Shown piece after piece: positions 35,152 to 40,315 of a stretch of 40,315 nt of DNA (positions are counted from its first letter, which is position 1; the number at the start of each line of letters is the position of its first letter). Made by a program: the position numbers and the translations under genes. Source of the DNA: a virus (taxonomy: Duplodnaviria; Heunggongvirae; Uroviricota; Caudoviricetes); the IMG/VR virus record IMGVR_UViG_2541047797_000007; one strand, written 5' to 3'. The notes beneath the pieces were generated by a model. That model was given only the letters and a program-made list of their open reading frames with translations, searched no databases and was not told the DNA's origin.

Positions 35152-35354
35152 AACCAACACTCCTCTCATTGCTGCGAGGTGGAAAACACAGCATCCGAGA
35201 TATGGCAAAGATTCTTGGTATCTCAAGATCGAAGGTTTCTTGGTTCATCGCTGAGCTTGAACGTCGCAAATGGGTAGAGGTAACCAGGAGCGCAATATAT
35301 TTCCACGATGGAACCCGTTCCAACAAGCAGAACGAATACAAGGTTAAGTTATGA
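35148..35354 (+). CDS. Small winged-helix/HTH-like DNA-binding protein
   Basis: Segment SIRDMAKILGISRSKVSWFIAELERRKWVEV resembles a winged-helix HTH; ATGA overlaps on both sides. Confidence 0.45.
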   Translation: MKPTLLSLLRGGKHSIRDMAKILGISRSKVSWFIAELERRKWVEVTRSAIYFHDGTRSNKQNEYKVKL

Positions 35355-36172
35355 ATACTGGCATCTATTTCGACATCAGCAATGAGGACTACCACGCCGG
35401 TGACGGCGTGAGTAAGTCGCAACTGGACATGGTTGCCAAGAATCCGGCGCTTCTTAAATGGGTTCAGGCAGCACCAGAAGACGAAGAGAAAAAGTCTGCA
35501 CTGGATATGGGAACCGCATTGCACTGCCTGCTTCTGGAACCTGGAGAATTCGACAAACGCTTCATCGTTTCACCGAAATTCGATCGTCGGACAAAACAAG
35601 GTAAAGCTGACGAAGAAGCATTTCTTCGTGATGTGGCGGATATGGGTATTACGGTACTTGATGTCGAGCAGTGGCGAAAACTGGAGCTGATGCGTGATAG
35701 CGCAATGGCTCATCCGGCGGCACGCTGGATGTTGGAAGCACCTGGTTACTGCGAAGCATCAATGTACTGGAACGATGAAGATACGGGTGAGTTGTGCCGA
35801 ATTCGTCCAGACAAATGGCTGAACGAGCACAACGTGATCGTCGACGTGAAAAAGGTTACAGATATGGACCGTTTTGCACGTCACATCGAGGAATTCCGCT
35901 ACCACGTGCAGGACGCAATGTACCGCGAAGGCGCAATGAGAGTTACTGGTCAGCCGCATGGTTTTTTCTTTCTTGCCGTGAGCGAAAGCATTGATTGTGG
36001 TCGGTATCCGGTACGCGTGTTCGAGCTGGATGCGCCGGATGTCGATGCCGGGCACGCTCTGTTCCGCCGGGATCTGAATACCTATCACGAATGCCGCATC
36101 AACGATGAGTGGGGCGGAGTGGAAATTATTAAACGCCCTGACTGGGCACGTAAACAGGATATGTACGTATGA
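35351..36172 (+). CDS. PD-(D/E)XK-family exonuclease (recombination exonuclease partner of the annealase)
   Basis: Immediately upstream of and overlapping the Bet-like gene; acidic/Lys motif region (..IRPDKWLNEHNVIVDVKK..) consistent with a PD-(D/E)XK nuclease. Confidence 0.6.
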   Translation: MNTGIYFDISNEDYHAGDGVSKSQLDMVAKNPALLKWVQAAPEDEEKKSALDMGTALHCLLLEPGEFDKRFIVSPKFDRRTKQGKADEEAFLRDVADMGITVLDVEQWRKLELMRDSAMAHPAARWMLEAPGYCEASMYWNDEDTGELCRIRPDKWLNEHNVIVDVKKVTDMDRFARHIEEFRYHVQDAMYREGAMRVTGQPHGFFFLAVSESIDCGRYPVRVFELDAPDVDAGHALFRRDLNTYHECRINDEWGGVEIIKRPDWARKQDMYV

Positions 36173-37050
36173 GCAATGATATCGCAATCACATCACAACC
36201 AGGCGCAACTGTAGGTACTGCTGCGGCAATCTTCAGCCCGGAGGGCATGAATCAACTGGTGCGTTTCGCGGAGTTGATGTCACAAAGCAAAGCGACTGTA
36301 CCGAAACATCTTAAAGGCGAACCTGCCGATTGTCTGGCGGTGACCATGCAGGCGGCACAGTGGGGAATGAATCCTTTCGCCGTGGCGCAGAAAACGCATG
36401 TGGTAAACGGAACGTTAGGCTACGAAGCACAGTTGGTAAACGCGGTCGTATCCTCTTCCAGCCTGCTAGCGACACGCCTGAATTATCGCTGGAGCGGTGA
36501 CTGGTCGAATGTTAACGGCAAAACAGATAAATCACCGAATCTGACGGTAACTGTGTCAGCAGTTCTTAAAGGAGAAGCAGAACCCCGTGAGCTTACCATC
36601 AGTATGGCGCAAGCCGGAGTGCGTAACTCTCCATTGTGGGAACAGGATCCGCGCCAGCAGCTTGCCTATCTTTGCACGAAACGATGGGCTCGCCTGCACG
36701 CTCCTGATGTACTTCTCGGTGTTTACACCCCTGACGAATTACAGGAAACGGCACCGCGCGTTGAGCGAGACATTACTCCGCAAACGACCACTGCTGCGGG
36801 AATGAACAGTCTGATCAACGCTAAACCAGCGAAAAAGCCTGATGAGCAAACGCGTAAAGCGGATAGCCGTGATCCAGAAGAAATGCTGATGGCCTTTACC
36901 AGCGCAGCGATGAATTACAGCACTGTCTCCGAACTGGATAAGGCTTACAAATACATTGCACAAAAACTTTCAGATGATGACGAACTGCTGGCAAAAGCAA
37001 CCGACGTTTACAGCGTTCGTCGGGAAGAATTAAACGAAACATCTATGTAA
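36169..37050 (+). CDS. Bet/Red-beta-like single-strand annealing protein
   Basis: Segment NSPLWEQDPRQQLAYLCTKRWARLHAPDVLLGVYTPDE parallels lambda Bet (TGPWQSHPKRMLRHKAMIQCARLAFGFAGIYDKDE) as I recall it. Confidence 0.7.
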   Translation: MSNDIAITSQPGATVGTAAAIFSPEGMNQLVRFAELMSQSKATVPKHLKGEPADCLAVTMQAAQWGMNPFAVAQKTHVVNGTLGYEAQLVNAVVSSSSLLATRLNYRWSGDWSNVNGKTDKSPNLTVTVSAVLKGEAEPRELTISMAQAGVRNSPLWEQDPRQQLAYLCTKRWARLHAPDVLLGVYTPDELQETAPRVERDITPQTTTAAGMNSLINAKPAKKPDEQTRKADSRDPEEMLMAFTSAAMNYSTVSELDKAYKYIAQKLSDDDELLAKATDVYSVRREELNETSM

Positions 37051-37099
37051 CCACCACCGCGGCGCCACGTGCGCCGCACTGCAACCAAGAGAGGTATTC

Positions 37100-37348
37100 A
37101 TGAAAGGTGCATTAGGTAAGAAAGAACTCCTGGCGGTGGTGCCACTGTCATGGAGCACTATCGACCGTATGGAGCGCGCAGGGGAATTTCCTAAACGCTG
37201 GTATATCACCGATAAACGCTGCGCATGGAACCGTGATGAAGTTGAGCGTTGGCTTGATGAACGTCAGGCAGCAAGCCCGGCAGAGTTCCAGGGTAAAAAG
37301 CCTCCTGTTCAGCAACGTGTATATCGTCCCGTGAGCAACGCTGCATGA
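37100..37348 (+). CDS. AlpA-family regulator / excisionase-like protein
   Basis: Pattern LLAVVPLSWSTIDRMERAGEFPK...WNRDEVERWL matches the AlpA/Xis-type MerR-like HTH family. Confidence 0.65.
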   Translation: MKGALGKKELLAVVPLSWSTIDRMERAGEFPKRWYITDKRCAWNRDEVERWLDERQAASPAEFQGKKPPVQQRVYRPVSNAA

Positions 37349-37457
37349 GTGCGCTGCTAAGGCACTGGAGCAAATGGTCAGGATGGTACTTATTCCTGGC
37401 CTCTGTTTCAGCATGGCTTTATCTGCTGGCATTAATTTTCAGAGAGGGTTGGATTAA

Positions 37458-37757
37458 GTGAGAAAGTTAAGCCGACTTGAAAAATATCACATGAATAAGG
37501 TTTCAATGCGCAGTCCGTCAAAGATTGTCGCCGTTACTCCTGCGGCGATAGAGATCGAAAAACGCGCGATTGAAAGAGAGAAAAAAGGGCAATTCCGCAT
37601 TGCCGCTCACCTTTGGCTTCAGTGTATGGATGTTGCTTCTGGTGATGTTGAACGTGCAAGGATCGCGGTTCGCAGGGGCCAATGTATCACAAAAGGTAAC
37701 GGCCTTCGCCGTGGCGACTATAGCGGCATAGGATGTTGTGTGGTGGTTTATGACTAA
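37458..37757 (+). CDS. PerC/ANR-like transcriptional regulator candidate
   Basis: Segment GQFRIAAHLWLQCMDVASGDVERARIAVRRGQC resembles the PerC family signature; GTG start in the track, true start uncertain. Confidence 0.45.
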   Translation: MRKLSRLEKYHMNKVSMRSPSKIVAVTPAAIEIEKRAIEREKKGQFRIAAHLWLQCMDVASGDVERARIAVRRGQCITKGNGLRRGDYSGIGCCVVVYD

Positions 37758-38400
37758 GAAATACACACTAATCTATGCAGATCCACCCTGGGTATACCGG
37801 GACAAAGCCGCAGATGGTAATCGCGGTGCCGGTTTTAAATATCCGGTTATGAGTGTGCTGGATATCTGCCGCCTTCCTGTGTGGGATTTGGCCGATGAAA
37901 ACTGTCTGTTGGCCATGTGGTGGGTGCCAACACAACCACTCGAAGCACTAAAAGTTGTTGAAGCCTGGGGATTCCGTCTGATGACGATGAAGGGCTTCAC
38001 GTGGATAAAATGTGGTAGTCGACAACCAGATAAACTGGTTATGGGTATGGGACACATGACTCGCGCCAATAGTGAAGATTGCCTGTTTGCGGTAAAGGGA
38101 AAACTACCTACGCGCATTAATGCAGGGATCGTTCAGTCATTTACCGCACCGCGGCTTGAGCATTCAAGAAAGCCAGATATCGTTCGTGAAAAACTTGTGC
38201 AATTATTAGGCGATGTTTCTCGCATTGAACTGTTCGCCCGCCAGACGTCTCATGGCTTCGATGTTTGGGGTAATCAGTGCGAAGACCCGGCAGTGCAACT
38301 ACACCCTGGATACGCGTTGGATATCGGCGGATTAACAAATGCATTCAGCAATGCTCCGCTGTCACCAACAGACAACCAGGGGCGGGAGCGTGCAGCATGA
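37750..38400 (+). CDS. DNA N6-adenine methyltransferase, MT-A70 family (DPPW motif)
   Basis: Motif LIYADPPW near the N-terminus; start placed at the ATG at 37750 ([14 protein letters not shown]); stop overlaps the next gene start (ATGA). Confidence 0.8.
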   Translation: MTKKYTLIYADPPWVYRDKAADGNRGAGFKYPVMSVLDICRLPVWDLADENCLLAMWWVPTQPLEALKVVEAWGFRLMTMKGFTWIKCGSRQPDKLVMGMGHMTRANSEDCLFAVKGKLPTRINAGIVQSFTAPRLEHSRKPDIVREKLVQLLGDVSRIELFARQTSHGFDVWGNQCEDPAVQLHPGYALDIGGLTNAFSNAPLSPTDNQGRERAA

Positions 38401-39056
38401 ACCTATATCAACGCATCAATGGCGCTGACTGGTGCAATATCTTCGTCGTCGGCGATCTGCATGGGTGCTACACGCTGCTGATGAACGAACTCGACAAAGT
38501 TTCATTCGACCCGGCGCGCGATTTGCTTATTTCCGTTGGTGACCTTGTTGACCGCGGCGCTGAAAACGTCGAATGCCTGGATTTGATTACTATGCCGTGG
38601 TTCCGAGCTGTTCGTGGCAACCATGAGCAGATGATGCTGGATGCACTGGTCAACGGCGGAAGTTTCGGACATTGGATGTCAAACGGCGGTGGATGGTGGC
38701 ACCAACTTGATTCTGAGCAGGATGTGCAACTCAAATACCTTCTGCCAAAGGTTACCAACCTCCCGATGATTATCGAACTGGTTACCGGCAATAAGAAGGT
38801 CGTCATCTGCCACGCAGACTACCCGCACAACGAATACGCATTCGATAAGCCAGTACCGGAAGAAATGGTGATATGGAATCGTGAGCGGGTTAGCGACGCG
38901 CAGGACGGTATTGTCTCGGAGATAACCGGTGCCGATTTGTTCATCTTCGGTCATACGCCAGCACATCACCCACTGGTGTATGCAAACCAAATGTACATCG
39001 ACACCGGCGCAGTGTTCTGCGGAAATCTGACGCTTACCAAAGTCCAGGAAGGATAG
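38397..39056 (+). CDS. Serine/threonine protein phosphatase (calcineurin-like metallophosphoesterase)
   Basis: Metallophosphatase motifs GDLHG, GDLVDRG and GNHE; start placed at the internal ATG ([12 protein letters not shown]), not at the track start. Confidence 0.8.
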   Translation: MNLYQRINGADWCNIFVVGDLHGCYTLLMNELDKVSFDPARDLLISVGDLVDRGAENVECLDLITMPWFRAVRGNHEQMMLDALVNGGSFGHWMSNGGGWWHQLDSEQDVQLKYLLPKVTNLPMIIELVTGNKKVVICHADYPHNEYAFDKPVPEEMVIWNRERVSDAQDGIVSEITGADLFIFGHTPAHHPLVYANQMYIDTGAVFCGNLTLTKVQEG

Positions 39057-39058
39057 AA

Positions 39059-40315
39059 TTATTTATTACTGTCTTCCATCCACTTCTCAAACTTCGACGG
39101 GGAGAACGGAATCAGATCCGTATGCTCCCCGTTAATCCAGGAATCAATCATATCGGCCCACTGCTGCAACATGTAGGCGCGCTGTCTGGCGTATTCCGCT
39201 TTGTTATATACGGCGCGCACACCTTTCTGCTCGTGTGCCAGAGCCTTTTCAATCCAGTCTGAAGGATAACCAGCCTCATGCAACAATGTACTGGCTGTAC
39301 GGCGCATATCATGTACAGTAAAATCCTGAATATGCTCACCATCTTCATTTATTATTTTCACCGTTCTGTCGATCAGAGAGTTCAGCGCGGCATTAGATAA
39401 TGGCTTCCGGAAATTGTAACGACCAGGAACCAGATATTCACTTCCACCAGCGCACATCTGCAACCCGACTAATATATCCTGTGCCTGTTTAGGCAGGTAA
39501 ATAACGTGCGCCCGACTTCCCTTCATGCGGTCTGAAGGAATTGTCCATGTCCATTTTTTAAAATCTATTTCATCCCACGTTGCATTGGTGAATTCTCCCT
39601 TACGAACCATGGTGATAAGCACCAGCTTTAAAGCCATTTTCATAGTGCCCATAGCACCAATGGCATCCAGCGTGCGGAAGAACAGGCCAATTTCTTCTGG
39701 TGTCAGTGTTCGCTCTCGTGGTTTAAATATGGCGATAGACGAAGGTTTAATGTCAGCCGCAGGATTAAACAAACCATGACCACGGTCATTGGCGTGACGG
39801 TATACGCTGCTGATGATCTCCCTGGCCTGTACTGCTGTTGCCCGACCACCGCGTTCGACAATCCGGTCACACAAATCACGAACCATTGATGTGGTAATTT
39901 CAGCCATCATTTTGTTGCCAAGAACCGGAAGTATGTCACGGTCGATCACCGCCTGCTTCATTGCGCGGGTACTGTCAGCCAGGATGACGTGTTTCATATA
40001 ACTGTCGGTATGTACCGCAAACGTCTCGGCACCACGAATCTTTTTAATACCGTCACGTTTAGCCGCAGCCGGTGACTGGCCTGCTTTAAGCAGCTTCTTT
40101 GCAGCAATCAGTTCTTCTCGCGCTTCTGCCAGGCTGATACCGTCACGCCCATACTGCCCGATTACCAGTGTTTCGCGGCGACCGTTGATACGGTAGTCAT
40201 AGCGAAACGAGACCGTGCCTGACGTAAGCACAGCTACATACAGCCCGTCACGATCGGAGACCTTGTACAGTTTGTCCTGCGGCTTGAGGTTTTTTAATTT
40301 TGTATCGGTAAGCAC
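39059..40315 (-). CDS. int: Tyrosine integrase (P4-type), 5' end cut by the window edge
   Basis: N-terminal LTDTKLKNLKP motif typical of P4-like integrases; C-terminal catalytic region with HDMRRT..LLHEAGY..HE..VRAVY. The window ends at or just after the first codons, so the true start and att site are not visible. Confidence 0.85.
   Translation of the reverse strand: MLTDTKLKNLKPQDKLYKVSDRDGLYVAVLTSGTVSFRYDYRINGRRETLVIGQYGRDGISLAEAREELIAAKKLLKAGQSPAAAKRDGIKKIRGAETFAVHTDSYMKHVILADSTRAMKQAVIDRDILPVLGNKMMAEITTSMVRDLCDRIVERGGRATAVQAREIISSVYRHANDRGHGLFNPAADIKPSSIAIFKPRERTLTPEEIGLFFRTLDAIGAMGTMKMALKLVLITMVRKGEFTNATWDEIDFKKWTWTIPSDRMKGSRAHVIYLPKQAQDILVGLQMCAGGSEYLVPGRYNFRKPLSNAALNSLIDRTVKIINEDGEHIQDFTVHDMRRTASTLLHEAGYPSDWIEKALAHEQKGVRAVYNKAEYARQRAYMLQQWADMIDSWINGEHTDLIPFSPSKFEKWMEDSNK

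Larger units (their letters stand above)
1144..40315. mobile_element. Integrated temperate phage (prophage); left junction approximately 1144-1288, right end beyond the window
   Basis: Contiguous phage modules (lysis, tailspike, structural, packaging, replication, immunity, recombination, integrase) to the right of host-like genes and their terminator. The integrase is cut by the window edge, so attR is not visible. Confidence 0.85.

Noticed and set aside
1-40315. CRISPR array, rRNA, IS element or transposase
   Set aside because: No regularly spaced direct repeats with unique spacers, no rRNA-like sequence and no transposase-like ORF or terminal inverted repeats were seen; the only mobile element is the prophage itself.

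Overview
The window is almost entirely one integrated temperate phage (about 1144 to the window end at 40315), with two host-like genes on the left flank (1..1071). Read right to left on the minus strand it carries a truncated P4-type tyrosine integrase at the window edge, a lambda-like immunity switch (Cro-like gene, divergent two-HTH CI-like repressor without a peptidase domain), lambda O/P-like replication genes with iterons inside the O-like gene, a nin-like region (DUF1064, PAPS-reductase-like, DUF551), then a long translationally coupled late operon: terminase small and large subunits, portal, scaffold, major capsid, T7-like nozzle proteins, three large internal/ejection proteins, a tailspike with a C-terminal auto-chaperone domain, and a lysis cassette (two membrane proteins, endolysin, Rz with embedded Rz1). 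The plus-strand early-left operon carries an exonuclease plus Bet-like annealase, an AlpA-like regulator, a PerC-like regulator, an MT-A70 adenine methyltransferase and a Ser/Thr phosphatase. The head and tail gene content looks podovirus-like (epsilon15/phiV10-like is my inference, not a database result). The most interesting signals are non-coding: (1) a perfect 12-bp palindrome GTGACATGTCAC present three times, each followed by an intrinsic terminator; (2) a TTACC-N5-GGTAA operator family with 9 perfect copies, all intergenic, at the immunity region and at distant sites including the antirepressor island; (3) a plus-strand moron island inside the late operon (Ant-domain paralog, AntA-type antirepressor, 211-aa unknown protein) with structured leader RNA; (4) a 640-bp non-coding gap between terminase and portal. 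No rRNA, tRNA, CRISPR array or IS element was found. All protein assignments come from reading the translated ORFs and motifs by eye; no searches were run.
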